The notes: generated from the letters alone by a model not told the origin. A DNA stretch of 64,000 bases from an uncultured Flavipsychrobacter sp. (GCA_964481425.1 CAYZTM010000009.1:31452-95451); one strand, 5' to 3'; shown: positions 28,983 through 38,521, counted from the first letter of the stretch. Program-made: numbers and translations.

Positions 28983-30148
28983 AAGTACTGCACCTTATAA
29001 AAACAGGCGTGGGCGCCACATGGGCATACCGGCAAATAAAAGTGCTAGCAGCACAGGGTGTTGAAGTGGCTGTATGCCTGCCCGAAGGCAAAATGGCAGA
29101 TAAATATACTGCTGACGGTATAGAGGTGTATAATTTCAATTTTTCGCTGGCGCCACACAAACTCTTATCATCATTCCGTGCCTTTAGAAAAATATTGAAG
29201 CAATGCAGGCCTGACATCGTTCATAGCCATTTTCTCATAACCACATTGTTTGCCCGGTTGTACAGGAAGTGTTACAAAATGGATATCCCTTTTGTCTTCC
29301 AGGTACCGGGACCATTACATCTCGAGCACTACCTCTTCAGAAATGCAGACCTGATGACCCGCAACAGGAACGACTACTGGATAGCCTCCTGCAAATGGAC
29401 GCAGGACAAATACATACTGAGTGGTATTGCACACCATAAAGTATTCTTATCCTACTATGGCACCGACCTGTCTTTCATCCAAATGATGCCCAAAGGCAAA
29501 CTTAGGAGCATATTAGGTTTTAAAGAAGAGGATTTCATTGTTGCCATGGTAGCCTACATGTACAAACCTAAAAAGTACATCGGCCAAAAGAATGGCATTA
29601 AGGGACATGAGGATTTTTTTATAGCCATGTCAAAATGCATAGAACAGGACAGCAGCATAAAGGTGGTTATAATAGGCGGCGCATGGGATGGGGCGATAGA
29701 CTATGAATTAAAGCTCATGGAAATGGGCAAAAAATATTGTGGGGATAATATCTATTTCCTCGGTTCCCGAAACGATGTGCCGGAATTATATCCCGACATA
29801 GATGTTGTGGTGCACCCCTCTTACAGCGAGAACCTGGGCGGAGCAGCTGAATCATTGCTGCTGGAAGTGCCTACCGTAGCCAGCAATGTTGGAGGTTTAC
29901 CGGATATAGTGATACCCGGCGTAACCGGCTATCTCGTAAGCCCCGGCTCACCAAGGCAAATTGCCGAAAGCGTTATGGATGCCCGCAATAATTATGCAGA
30001 AGCTAAAGCAATGGCCGTACGGGGCAGGAGGATGCTCCTGGATGTGCTGGACGTAAATAATACAGGTAAAGAAGTATATAAGATATACAATAGCATACTT
30101 AACAATAAACAGTTCGATCATGTACCCGTTCTTCAAAAAACTGTTTGA
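28979..30148 (+). CDS. glycosyltransferase family 4 (GT-B)
   Basis: 389 aa. It contains SENLGGAAESLLLEVPTVASNVGGLPD. The start overlaps the previous stop (ATGA). Confidence 0.8.
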   Translation: MKVLHLIKTGVGATWAYRQIKVLAAQGVEVAVCLPEGKMADKYTADGIEVYNFNFSLAPHKLLSSFRAFRKILKQCRPDIVHSHFLITTLFARLYRKCYKMDIPFVFQVPGPLHLEHYLFRNADLMTRNRNDYWIASCKWTQDKYILSGIAHHKVFLSYYGTDLSFIQMMPKGKLRSILGFKEEDFIVAMVAYMYKPKKYIGQKNGIKGHEDFFIAMSKCIEQDSSIKVVIIGGAWDGAIDYELKLMEMGKKYCGDNIYFLGSRNDVPELYPDIDVVVHPSYSENLGGAAESLLLEVPTVASNVGGLPDIVIPGVTGYLVSPGSPRQIAESVMDARNNYAEAKAMAVRGRRMLLDVLDVNNTGKEVYKIYNSILNNKQFDHVPVLQKTV

Positions 30149-30725
30149 CATATTGATGGCATTGATACTGCTCGTAGTATTATCTCCACTGTTGATAGTG
30201 GTGAGCATATATCTTATTGCTGCACAAAAGGGATTTAATATAATTTTTAAGCAAAGAAGGGTTGGGATGGGCAATAAACCATTCAATGTCTACAAGTTCA
30301 AGACCATGCTCGATACCCGTGATGCTGAGGGAAAGCTATTACCCGATGAGCAACGGCTTACAAAGACAGGCATCCTTCTGAGGAAATATTCCCTTGATGA
30401 ACTACCCCAGCTATTCAATATCCTGAACGGTACCATGAGCTTTATAGGTCCCCGCCCCTTGCTGGTAGATTATCTTCCTTTATATTCCTACAAACAGTTG
30501 CGCAGGCACGAAGTATTGCCGGGCATATCTGGCTGGGCGCAGGTGAATGGCCGTAATGCAATAAGCTGGGAGCAGAAATTCGATTATGACGTATGGTATG
30601 TGGACCATATGAGCTTTGCACTCGACCTGAAAATATTCTTACTAACCATTAAAAAGGTATTGCGTTCTGAAGGTATTAGCTCTGCTACTGCTGCAACTAT
30701 GGAACGTTTTACCGGCAGTAATTAA
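30120..30725 (+). CDS. undecaprenyl-phosphate sugar phosphotransferase (small PglC/WbaP-type 'sugar transferase')
   Basis: 201 aa. A single N-terminal re-entrant helix is followed by KFKTM, DELPQLFNIL.G.MSFIGPRP and PGISGWAQV. Confidence 0.9.
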   Translation: MYPFFKKLFDILMALILLVVLSPLLIVVSIYLIAAQKGFNIIFKQRRVGMGNKPFNVYKFKTMLDTRDAEGKLLPDEQRLTKTGILLRKYSLDELPQLFNILNGTMSFIGPRPLLVDYLPLYSYKQLRRHEVLPGISGWAQVNGRNAISWEQKFDYDVWYVDHMSFALDLKIFLLTIKKVLRSEGISSATAATMERFTGSN

Positions 30726-30737
30726 AAACGATAGCTT

Positions 30738-31406
30738 ATGAAAAAGATCGCCGTATTTGGGGCAGGTGGTTTCGGGCGCGAAGTGAAAATGCTGGTTGAC
30801 CAGCTGAACGCTTCATCGAAGACCTATGAATTCATAGGCTTTTTCGACGATGGGGTAGCGATTGGCACAACAGTAAACGGTTTTCCTGTCCTCGGTGGCA
30901 GGGAGGAACTGAATACCTGGGCCGAACCTCTTTGTGTAGCTTTTGCGGTTGGCAATCCCGCCACCAAGAAGAAGATCATCGACAGCATCACCAACAACAA
31001 CATCTCCTACCCTACCCTGATACATCCGAATGTATTGGTAGGCGCAGACGATGTCAGCATAGGTGAAGGTTGCATTATCTGCGCAGGCTGCATCATCACC
31101 ATCAACATCAGTATTGGCAACTTCGTTATACTTAACCTTGGCTGCACCGTTGGACACGATACGGTTATAGAAGACTACGCCTCTTTTATGCCTTCAGTGA
31201 ACATATCAGGTGAAGTAAGGATAAAGGAGGGCGTATATGCGGGTACCGGGGCCAAGATCATCAACCAGTTAGAGATAGGCCGTTATACCATTGTAGGTGC
31301 AGGGGCGGTAGTTTCCAAAACACTGCCCGATGAATGTACCGCAGTGGGTATACCCGCCAAAGCAATAAAATTTCATAACCAGGTAATTGAAAAAAACGAA
31401 AACTGA
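30738..31406 (+). CDS. NeuD/PglD/VioB-family sugar N-acetyltransferase
   Basis: 222 aa. A Rossmann-like N-terminal domain (IAVFGAGGFGREV) is followed by LbH hexapeptides. Confidence 0.8.
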   Translation: MKKIAVFGAGGFGREVKMLVDQLNASSKTYEFIGFFDDGVAIGTTVNGFPVLGGREELNTWAEPLCVAFAVGNPATKKKIIDSITNNNISYPTLIHPNVLVGADDVSIGEGCIICAGCIITINISIGNFVILNLGCTVGHDTVIEDYASFMPSVNISGEVRIKEGVYAGTGAKIINQLEIGRYTIVGAGAVVSKTLPDECTAVGIPAKAIKFHNQVIEKNEN

Positions 31407-31412
31407 GCAATT

Positions 31413-32582
31413 ATGTATCAAAAGATATGGTTATCCTCACCCCACATGGGTGGCACAGAACAGAAATACGTACAGGAAGCTTTCGACAGTAACTGGGTAG
31501 CTCCTCTCGGTCCCAATGTGAATGGTTTGGAACAAGACATAGCCGGCTACCTCGCCGAAGACGTACATGTAGCTGCCTTGAGCTCCGGTACTTCTGCACT
31601 GCACCTTGGATTGGTGCTTTTGGGAGTGCAGCCCGGTGACGAAGTAATTTGCCAGAGTTTTACATTCTCGGCATCGGCCAACCCCATAAAATACCTGGGA
31701 GCAACACCCGTGTTCGTAGATAGCGAAGACGAGACATGGAATATGTCTCCCCGCTTTCTTGAGCAGGCTATCATGGATCGTGTGGCCAAAGGCAAAAAGC
31801 CCAAAGCCATCATACCGGTTCACCTATATGGCATGCCGGCCAAGATGGACGAGATAATGGCCATCGCCAACCGCTATGATATACCGGTATTGGAAGATGC
31901 CGCAGAAGCTCTCGGTTCATCATTACATGGCAAGATGTGTGGCACCTTTGGCAGGATGGCCGCACTGTCCTTCAATGGCAATAAGATAATCACAACCTCC
32001 GGCGGCGGCGCACTGGTATCGCACGATAAAGAACTGGTGAACAAAGCACGCTTCCTTTCTACCCAGGCGCGTGATGAAGCGCCACATTACCAGCACTCGC
32101 AGGTAGGCTACAACTACCGCATGAGCAACATATGTGCCGGCATAGGCCGTGGACAGATGGAGGTACTGGATACACGCATAGCACAACGCAGGCGCATCTA
32201 CAGCTGGTACACAGAGGCACTGGCAGGGATACCCGGGGTAAGTTTTGTACACGAACCGGAAGGCTATTTCAGTAACCGCTGGCTTACCACCATTCTCGTC
32301 GACCCTAAACAAGCTCACATCAGCCGCGAAACACTACGCCTTGCGTTCGAAGCAAAGAACATCGAATCGCGTCCTCTGTGGAAGCCGATGCACATGCAGC
32401 CGGTATTCGAAGGCACCCCCTTCTACGGCGACGGCACCTCAGAGCGCCTGTTCGAGCAAGGGCTTTGCCTGCCCTCCGGCTCAAACCTGACCGATACCGA
32501 CCTTGCACGTATAAAAGCAGTAATTCAGGATTGCACCTATTTCCAGGATAAGGTGCTGAAAAAAGAACACGTTGTTATTTGA
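31413..32582 (+). CDS. DegT/DnrJ/EryC1/StrS-family sugar aminotransferase (PglE-like)
   Basis: 389 aa. It has the PLP-Lys context LSFNGNKIITTSGGGAL, plus family-typical length and N-terminus. Confidence 0.85.
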   Translation: MYQKIWLSSPHMGGTEQKYVQEAFDSNWVAPLGPNVNGLEQDIAGYLAEDVHVAALSSGTSALHLGLVLLGVQPGDEVICQSFTFSASANPIKYLGATPVFVDSEDETWNMSPRFLEQAIMDRVAKGKKPKAIIPVHLYGMPAKMDEIMAIANRYDIPVLEDAAEALGSSLHGKMCGTFGRMAALSFNGNKIITTSGGGALVSHDKELVNKARFLSTQARDEAPHYQHSQVGYNYRMSNICAGIGRGQMEVLDTRIAQRRRIYSWYTEALAGIPGVSFVHEPEGYFSNRWLTTILVDPKQAHISRETLRLAFEAKNIESRPLWKPMHMQPVFEGTPFYGDGTSERLFEQGLCLPSGSNLTDTDLARIKAVIQDCTYFQDKVLKKEHVVI

Positions 32583-32730
32583 TAATTGATATAACCAAGA
32601 GCACTAGATAAGATAAGTAAGAAGAGTAAATAAAAAGAAGATAGTTAGTATAAGAGGTAACAGGTAATCACGCTTTACACAACCCTGTTGCATGTTTAAA
32701 AACAGAATTCTTTAACAAAAACTTTTTCTT

Positions 32731-33597
32731 ATGAGCAAAAAGATCTTTACACTCATGTTGCTGGTATTTACCGCAGCACAAAGCTTCGCCGGACCAAACA
32801 AAAACAACAAGTGGTATGAGAGCGAAGACAAAACACCCAAGACATACCTGCGTGCAAGCATAGCCTATGCCATGCCACTGATGCGCCAAAATTTGATCTT
32901 CACCGGTATACCCAGCCAGCATGGTGTTACCTACGATGGCACCTACACACAGCCCCAAAGAGCGTCTTACATGGCCGGCATACAGGCAAGGCTCGCCGTT
33001 GGCCATATGTTCAACGACTATGTAGGCATGGAGCTTGGGATACAAACCACTGCTGCCGCAGCGACCTACAAACTGGATATTGCCGGCTCGCTCACCACCC
33101 GGTTTGGGCAGAGGGTACAGGCTAATACCAATACATCAATGCCTACCATCATCACCCCGGCTGTAGTGATACAAAACACATACGACCGTGTAGATGCCTT
33201 CGCCAAATTCGGGCTGGCCGTGCCTATTGTAGGTAATATCACCACCAAAGCGGAGACCCGCGGCAACCCGACCGAAGATGACAATGTATATGAAAGCGAA
33301 GCCGTTACCAAACCTGCTTTCTTCATCGGCCTGTATGGCGGCCTCGGCGGTACCGTTCACATCAATGAGACCATAAAGCTGTTCGGTGAGCTGGATGTTA
33401 CGGCGCTGTCGATGTATGCAAAGGAAACTACAATAACAAAGTACACGATCAATGGTGAGGACAGGCTGAACACTATACCTGAAGAGCAAAGAAAGATCAC
33501 CTACAATACACGTGATGCCGCCGGTAACGCAATACCTAAATATGTGATACCGTACAGCACATTCGGTTTCGTGGGTGGCGTATCCATCAAGTTATAA
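32731..33597 (+). CDS. putative outer-membrane beta-barrel protein
   Basis: 288 aa with a signal peptide. Alternating hydrophobic strands end in an aromatic-rich C-terminus ..FGFVGGVSIKL. Confidence 0.5.
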   Translation: MSKKIFTLMLLVFTAAQSFAGPNKNNKWYESEDKTPKTYLRASIAYAMPLMRQNLIFTGIPSQHGVTYDGTYTQPQRASYMAGIQARLAVGHMFNDYVGMELGIQTTAAAATYKLDIAGSLTTRFGQRVQANTNTSMPTIITPAVVIQNTYDRVDAFAKFGLAVPIVGNITTKAETRGNPTEDDNVYESEAVTKPAFFIGLYGGLGGTVHINETIKLFGELDVTALSMYAKETTITKYTINGEDRLNTIPEEQRKITYNTRDAAGNAIPKYVIPYSTFGFVGGVSIKL

Positions 33598-33623
33598 GAG
33601 GACAGATAATAAAATGGTGTTTG

Positions 33624-33652
33624 AAATGCCCCGTATTTTGCGGGGCATTTTT
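33624..33652 (+). terminator. rho-independent terminator
   Basis: aaatgccccg / cggggcattt forms a 10-bp stem with a 7-nt loop, followed by a T-run. Confidence 0.7.
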
Positions 33653-34304
33653 ATTGATCATCTTTTGCATTAAGTATGGTAATTTTTGGTGAACGGGATA
33701 TACCACCGGGATTGATACCGGGCTTACCTTCAGGTACAGGTATACCGAGGTCTGCATAATACTTTACCCAAACAGGAAAGAACTTTTGCGAGCCTGGTTG
33801 TTTGAAGGTCATAGGTTCAAGACGGAAGAAGGGCTTGTTATGGTTCGCTTTTTTAAAGGCATCATACATCAACTCGGAGCAGTAATATTTGTGGTTATCA
33901 TAAAGGAAGGCATCATCGTAGGGTATGCCCAATGAGCTGAGACAGTAGCTGACAGCCGCAGGTACCAACTTTTGATAGCGCTCCTGTACTCTTGCTGCAT
34001 ACAGTTTATGCTTTGAGCGCTTCTTAAAGTCATCAAGGGTTACCAGCCTTACGCCACTGCCCATGGCTTCTATAATATAGGTAGTATCATTCCTTAAGTA
34101 GACCAAGCCGATATGGGAGAACTTATGGCCATCAAAGCCCTGTGTCACAGCTTCGATGGCGTCGCAGAGGGGGCCACAGTCGAGGTTTTGGAACAGGAGA
34201 TCACCGGTGCGGAGCTGCACTTTCTCCAGAGGCTGCGCATAGGCAAATGTGCCAAAGAGGCAAAAAGCAAAAACAAGTACCCGGAATCTCTTAAACTTCT
34301 TCAT
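33651..34304 (-). CDS. YiiX-like permuted papain/NlpC-P60 family hydrolase
   Basis: It shows GDLLFQ.., SHIGLV.. and YYCSELMYDAF (catalytic Cys context). I prefer the start at MKKFKRF (34304, a signal peptide) over the track start at 34388. Confidence 0.6.
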   Translation of the reverse strand: MKKFKRFRVLVFAFCLFGTFAYAQPLEKVQLRTGDLLFQNLDCGPLCDAIEAVTQGFDGHKFSHIGLVYLRNDTTYIIEAMGSGVRLVTLDDFKKRSKHKLYAARVQERYQKLVPAAVSYCLSSLGIPYDDAFLYDNHKYYCSELMYDAFKKANHNKPFFRLEPMTFKQPGSQKFFPVWVKYYADLGIPVPEGKPGINPGGISRSPKITILNAKDDQ

Positions 34305-34377
34305 ACCGGGTACAAAATTAAAAAACGTAGCTGCCTTCCGGCAGCCACGCATGAAAAAAACCAAATTTACTCCCCAA

Positions 34378-35613
34378 CTATTTTGCAACTATTATTTTTT
34401 GTACCACTTTATCCTGGTCGCAAACCAACTGCATGGTGTACACGCCCGAGGGCAATGTGGTGAGATCAATTGAATATTGTATGCTCGGCTGCATATAGTC
34501 CATCGTTTTTACTACGCTGCCTTTTGCATCGCATATAGTGCCGGTGATGTTGTTGGCACTTCCCGGGTCGAAGTAGATAAAGGCGTAATCTTTTACCGGG
34601 TTAGGGTACAGTTCGAATTTAATATGCTTCTTCACTTCGTTGACAGCAGTAGGACCATTGTAAACAGTGGTAGATTCTGTGATGGTATTGTGACCACTGT
34701 TTGGACCGGTATTCCCAGTCTGCACAGTACCATAATAGTGTGTACCAATAGTATATGGGAATACGGGAGTACGGCTCTCATCTATAGTAACAAAATAAGC
34801 ATAAGTACCCTGCGGATATTCAGGCGTTATACAATAACGACCATTGTTGGAATCAAGGTCGCCGCTACCTTGTACGAACTCATAATCCTCAATAAATGCC
34901 CCTATGGGATAAGTAGCATTTATAGCCGGGCCGGGCTGCGATGCCGTTGACCCATCGGGCAAAGTGGTTCTGTCGGCCATGGTGCGCTTTTGCCATGACG
35001 ATGCCATTCTTTTGATGGGGCCAGTACCATTGGTATTTGTATAAGCATATGCACCATATACGGGATAGCCATCGAAGGCGTAGCCTATAATGGGCGAGTG
35101 ATGCGTGCTATCCATATCATCATACAGGCAGGTAGGGCTCACATGATGGTGATATTCCCCGTTTTGCTGCGGATGGCCCAGGCAGCTATCAAAGCCACTC
35201 CCTTCAAAGAAATAAGCATTACGGTTCCACACGCCCTGGTTATTGTAGGTCTGCGCGTCCGAGGAATTGAAAATGCTGACACCATTCGTCCATACACCAA
35301 TATGGCCAAGCCCAACGGTTACCGGGGTACCCGTATTGGGCTGTGGATTGCGTGTGATCTTAAACACGAAATTCTGATTCTGTGCTACATTGGGGTTACC
35401 GATCCAGGGACCAATATCGTAGCCGGGAATACAGGTGCAGCTTACATACACATTGTTCGTAGAGTACTGTATGGTCTGGCAATTAGAGGGTATGTTGTTG
35501 TAGCCGGTGGCATTATTGGTATTTCTTATCCATGAGGTAATCTCCGGGCCTACCTGTGCCTGAACGGAGAGAGATAAGAGCAATACACCAATAGCTAATG
35601 TCAGTTTTTTCAT
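34378..35613 (-). CDS. YHYH-domain protein with T9SS C-terminal sorting domain
   Basis: 411 aa with a signal peptide. NGEYHHHVSP is the YHYH motif region, and the C-terminus LYPNPV...YTMQLVCDQDKVVQKIIVAK is a sorting domain. Confidence 0.7.
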   Translation of the reverse strand: MKKLTLAIGVLLLSLSVQAQVGPEITSWIRNTNNATGYNNIPSNCQTIQYSTNNVYVSCTCIPGYDIGPWIGNPNVAQNQNFVFKITRNPQPNTGTPVTVGLGHIGVWTNGVSIFNSSDAQTYNNQGVWNRNAYFFEGSGFDSCLGHPQQNGEYHHHVSPTCLYDDMDSTHHSPIIGYAFDGYPVYGAYAYTNTNGTGPIKRMASSWQKRTMADRTTLPDGSTASQPGPAINATYPIGAFIEDYEFVQGSGDLDSNNGRYCITPEYPQGTYAYFVTIDESRTPVFPYTIGTHYYGTVQTGNTGPNSGHNTITESTTVYNGPTAVNEVKKHIKFELYPNPVKDYAFIYFDPGSANNITGTICDAKGSVVKTMDYMQPSIQYSIDLTTLPSGVYTMQLVCDQDKVVQKIIVAK

Positions 35614-36040
35614 ATTGTTCGTTTGTTCAAATATTTAGACGGCTATTCTATTCCTTTCCTTCGCAAGTTTTTTGGACAATTTGCGCCAAAATGCGAATAA
35701 TTTTTATTTCTCACTTTTTTATTGATAATGAATGAGTTAGGTGCAAAAAATATCACAAAAATTTCTCAAAAAATTCCCATTTCTTTCTCACTTTTATCTC
35801 AACCCCGCCCTCTTGTTGTTCTTTCATTTTCCTTTTTTGAGCCGCTTTTTTTTGTAAAAACGAACGGCAACCCGGCAAGATACAATATTGGGGGTGGGGG
35901 TTCCAAATATTTCTTTTATGATACCCTAGCAGGATAGTATTTGATTGCGAATGACATCCGTGGATGAAGGCGGGGTGTGGGGAGCGGGTGTCAATGTGGC
36001 ATTGTCATACTCCGACCTGGCTCATTAGGATAATAATATT

Positions 36041-36104
36041 TCTCAGCTTCGGTACCCTGATGCCGATGAGTCCTCTTGAGGAGCGAGACTCATCGGGTGA
36101 AGTG
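36041..36104 (+). repeat. solo copy of the hairpin sub-unit of the 189-bp repeat family
   Basis: tctcagcttcggtaccctgatgccGATGAGTCctcttgaggagcgaGACTCATCgggtgaagt aligns with 36191-36255 and 37450-37515. Confidence 0.85.
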
Positions 36105-36137
36105 ATTTCTTTTCAGCGCGAACGACATCCCCCTAAA

Positions 36138-36326
36138 TCCCCCTTCGGCCATTCTGAGGCATCCGCACAAGGGGGAAATAAAGGAACATTTATCAGCTTC
36201 AGTGCCCTGATGCCGACGAGTCCTCTGGAAAAGAGAGACTCACCGGGTAAAGTAAAAGTGCTTCGTTTTATTTGTAGATTTAAGTTGGGGAAACTGAAAA
36301 CCGTAAGATGTTGAAGCTCTATGAGG
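36138..36326 (+). repeat. 189-bp composite intergenic repeat, copy 1
   Basis: It aligns over its full length with 37397-37585 with only scattered substitutions. It contains two hairpins: TCCCCCTT-N24-AAGGGGGA and GACGAGTC-N13-GACTCACC. Confidence 0.9.
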
Positions 36327-36410
36327 CAGGATTATTCCATTGGGTAATACATATGTGGAGTTTAATTTTACTTGGAAAGATGTTGATTTTAACTCTCAAA
36401 TTCACAAATA

Positions 36411-36770
36411 ATGAGACATTTTTATTTTCTGTTTATGGTAATAATAACCGGATGTATTTTTTCAACTGATGAAATAAAATATATAAAAATTAACAACTAC
36501 TACTTGGAAAATACTGGTGAAATAAGAACTCTCTGTATGCGTGAGGATAATTCGAAAACAGAGAAAGTGATAATTGAAAATGTTGACAGTATCGGTTATG
36601 ACAATATGTATATCTATGGATTTGGGAATGGTCAATATTTTATAGTTGATCAAAAAAGCAAGAGCACACGATGGTTCGACAACAAGAGTACTTTGCAGGC
36701 CAGCTTGAATTTAAAAAATGCTCTCATGCAAGAAGCTAAGAAATTACTTGATGATGAAAGCCGCAAATGA
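36411..36770 (+). CDS. hypothetical small lipoprotein (AT-rich islet)
   Basis: 119 aa. The signal peptide has an ITGC lipobox. Composition is AT-rich relative to the flanks. Confidence 0.5.
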   Translation: MRHFYFLFMVIITGCIFSTDEIKYIKINNYYLENTGEIRTLCMREDNSKTEKVIIENVDSIGYDNMYIYGFGNGQYFIVDQKSKSTRWFDNKSTLQASLNLKNALMQEAKKLLDDESRK

Positions 36771-37185
36771 ATATTTAAGTAGCATAGTGTTAAGGTCAGT
36801 ATTTTTTCTGTTACTTATCAATAATTTATATTCCTGTAACAGCGATGACAATATACGGCGAGAAATGGTTGGGGAATATCGATTGTCAGAATGTGAAAAA
36901 GAAAATGGTCCTTGTATAGATTCTCCCGTCCTTATATTGAAGGCCGACAAAAAATTTTCTTTAAATATTAGCAATCGGCGGTTAATTGGTACATGGGATG
37001 TGGTTGAAGGTCAAGACGATCCTTACATATATTTAAATATGCCGGACTCTAACATATATGAACAAGGGATTGTATATGGTAAAAAATACAATGAGGTAAT
37101 CTTACTAAATCCTAGCTTTTTTATGGGCAAGGATTATTTAAAGCTAGGATTTATTAGAACTGGCTCTACCATCTCAAATAACTAA
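36751..37185 (+). CDS. hypothetical small lipoprotein (AT-rich islet)
   Basis: I prefer the start at MMKAANEYL. The hydrophobic leader ends NNLYSC. It overlaps the previous gene by about 20 nt. Confidence 0.45.
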   Translation: MMKAANEYLSSIVLRSVFFLLLINNLYSCNSDDNIRREMVGEYRLSECEKENGPCIDSPVLILKADKKFSLNISNRRLIGTWDVVEGQDDPYIYLNMPDSNIYEQGIVYGKKYNEVILLNPSFFMGKDYLKLGFIRTGSTISNN

Positions 37186-37239
37186 TTGGAATGAATAGTT
37201 TGAGGCGTATGAAAGTCTTGCATTTTTATCTTAATATAG

Positions 37240-37396
37240 ATGACGACTTTTCAACCTCTTGTTTCCTGCATTATGCCCACTGCCAACAGGCAGCGCTTCA
37301 TTCCTACGGCTATAAGTTTGTTCCTGCGGCAGGATTACCCGGAGAAAGAGCTAGTGATAATAGATGATGGCGAGCATTCTGTAGTAGACCAGGAAG
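37240..37396 (+). pseudogene. 5' fragment of a GT2 glycosyltransferase truncated by repeat copy 2
   Basis: MTTFQPLVSCIMPTANRQRFIPTAISLFLRQDYPEKELVIIDDG is a canonical GT2 N-terminus (..S.IMPT.NR......I.S...Q.Y...E.IIIDDGS). The frame then runs straight into the repeat at 37397 and stops at 37570-37572. Confidence 0.75.
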
Positions 37397-37585
37397 CCCC
37401 ATTCGGCTATTCTGAGGCATCCGCACAAGGGGGAAATAAAGGAACATTTCTCAGCTTCAGTGACCTGATGCCGATGAGTCCTCTTGAGGAAAGAGACTTA
37501 TTGGGGGAAGTAAAAGTACTTCGTTTTATTTGTAGATTTAAGTTGGGGAAACTGAAACCCATGAGGTGTTGAAGCTCTATGTGGC
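37397..37585 (+). repeat. 189-bp composite intergenic repeat, copy 2
   Basis: Full-length alignment with 36138-36326. Confidence 0.9.
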
Positions 37586-37725
37586 TGAAGGAAGGAGAAT
37601 GCCGGTTGCAAACCGGACGAATTGCTAAGACACGAGTTTGCTATACCCTGGCTGGGCTACAAACATGCGCCAGACGGATGGATCGAGAGCCTTCCAAGAA
37701 GAAGAAAAAAATAATAAAATGCAAA

Positions 37726-38310
37726 ATGATTAGAGTAATAGTTCTCTTCCTCTTCATTGAAAATATGCTATTTGCGTTGCCCTTATCAGCAAAGGTCGAT
37801 GAGAAATACCTGCTTCAAGCCAAGGTATTGATATTAGCTGACGAAATTAAGCGATATAATATAAACCCAGATAGAGAGTATATACAAAGGTTTCTAGATT
37901 ATAAGATTGTATGGGACACCACAAAATTTACGACTAAAGATTTTCTTGCAAATAACAGCAGGAACACATTGATAACATTTATAAACATTTATGCAGTGCC
38001 CGATACATCGAAAGGTTATTATTGTATGAAGCCTGGAGATAAACAGTGGCGATTCCATGTCGTATTTTTCATGAATGAACAGGCCGAGAAAGCTAATTAC
38101 ATATACCGGTTGTGTATTTTTGGCGACAGAATATATAAACTACATGGGTTTAGTGATAATGATACGAAGGCTATTTTTTGGTACTTATATACCACCTACA
38201 AAGCAAATCATCATAAAACATCGTTCAATTGGTTTTGCAAAAACATTGACAATCTCATCAAAACAGAGAATTGGGATCTTGGAGAATTATGTAATAAGGA
38301 ATTGCATTAA
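37726..38310 (+). CDS. hypothetical secreted protein (AT-rich islet)
   Basis: I prefer the start at MIRVIVLFLFIENMLFALPLSA (a signal peptide). The track N-terminal extension (37579-) lies in or just after the repeat. Confidence 0.5.
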   Translation: MIRVIVLFLFIENMLFALPLSAKVDEKYLLQAKVLILADEIKRYNINPDREYIQRFLDYKIVWDTTKFTTKDFLANNSRNTLITFINIYAVPDTSKGYYCMKPGDKQWRFHVVFFMNEQAEKANYIYRLCIFGDRIYKLHGFSDNDTKAIFWYLYTTYKANHHKTSFNWFCKNIDNLIKTENWDLGELCNKELH

Positions 38311-38323
38311 GAATAACAATCTC

Positions 38324-38374
38324 TAAAAATCCCCCTTCGGCCATTCTGAGGCATCCGCACAAGAGGGAAATAAA
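38324..38374 (+). repeat. partial (5' half) copy 3 of the 189-bp repeat family
   Basis: ctaaaaatcccccttcggccattctgaggcatccgcacaagagggaaataaa matches 36133-36183. Confidence 0.85.
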
Positions 38375-38447
38375 AGTGTGTGACAGGATATCAAAAGTCA
38401 GCCATAAGGGGCAGGGTGCGGAACGCATCAATGACTTTAATCATCAA

Positions 38448-38479
38448 ATAAGTTGACCACGGTCAGCTTATTAGTTTTT
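38448..38479 (+). terminator. rho-independent terminator closing the AT-rich islet
   Basis: ataagttgacc / ggtcagcttat forms an 11-bp stem followed by tagttttt. Confidence 0.55.
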
Positions 38480-38521
38480 GATAGCATCTAAAATTGTCCC
38501 TGAATTAAAAGATGCTTTCAG

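Noticed and set aside
35964-36314. 116-aa ORF (and the 3' part of 37240..37572) that translates to near-identical peptides (..PFGHSEASAQGGNKGTF..SALMPTSPLE..VKVLRFICRFKLGKLK..).
   Set aside because: The similarity arises because both frames read through copies of the 189-bp non-coding repeat. There is no credible start context, and the composition is repeat-driven. I treat both as repeat artefacts, not genes.
37579-37725. N-terminal extension of the 243-aa ORF (MWLKEGECRLQTGRIAKTR...KKKKKIIKCK).
   Set aside because: It starts inside or just after repeat copy 2 and is Arg/Lys-rich low-complexity sequence. The internal Met at 37726 is followed by a clean signal peptide.
36041-38374. Possible CRISPR array, since repeated units are separated by unique sequence.
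   Set aside because: The repeat units are 50-189 bp, which is far longer than CRISPR repeats. The spacings are 1-1.1 kb and contain genes. No cas genes are present in the window.
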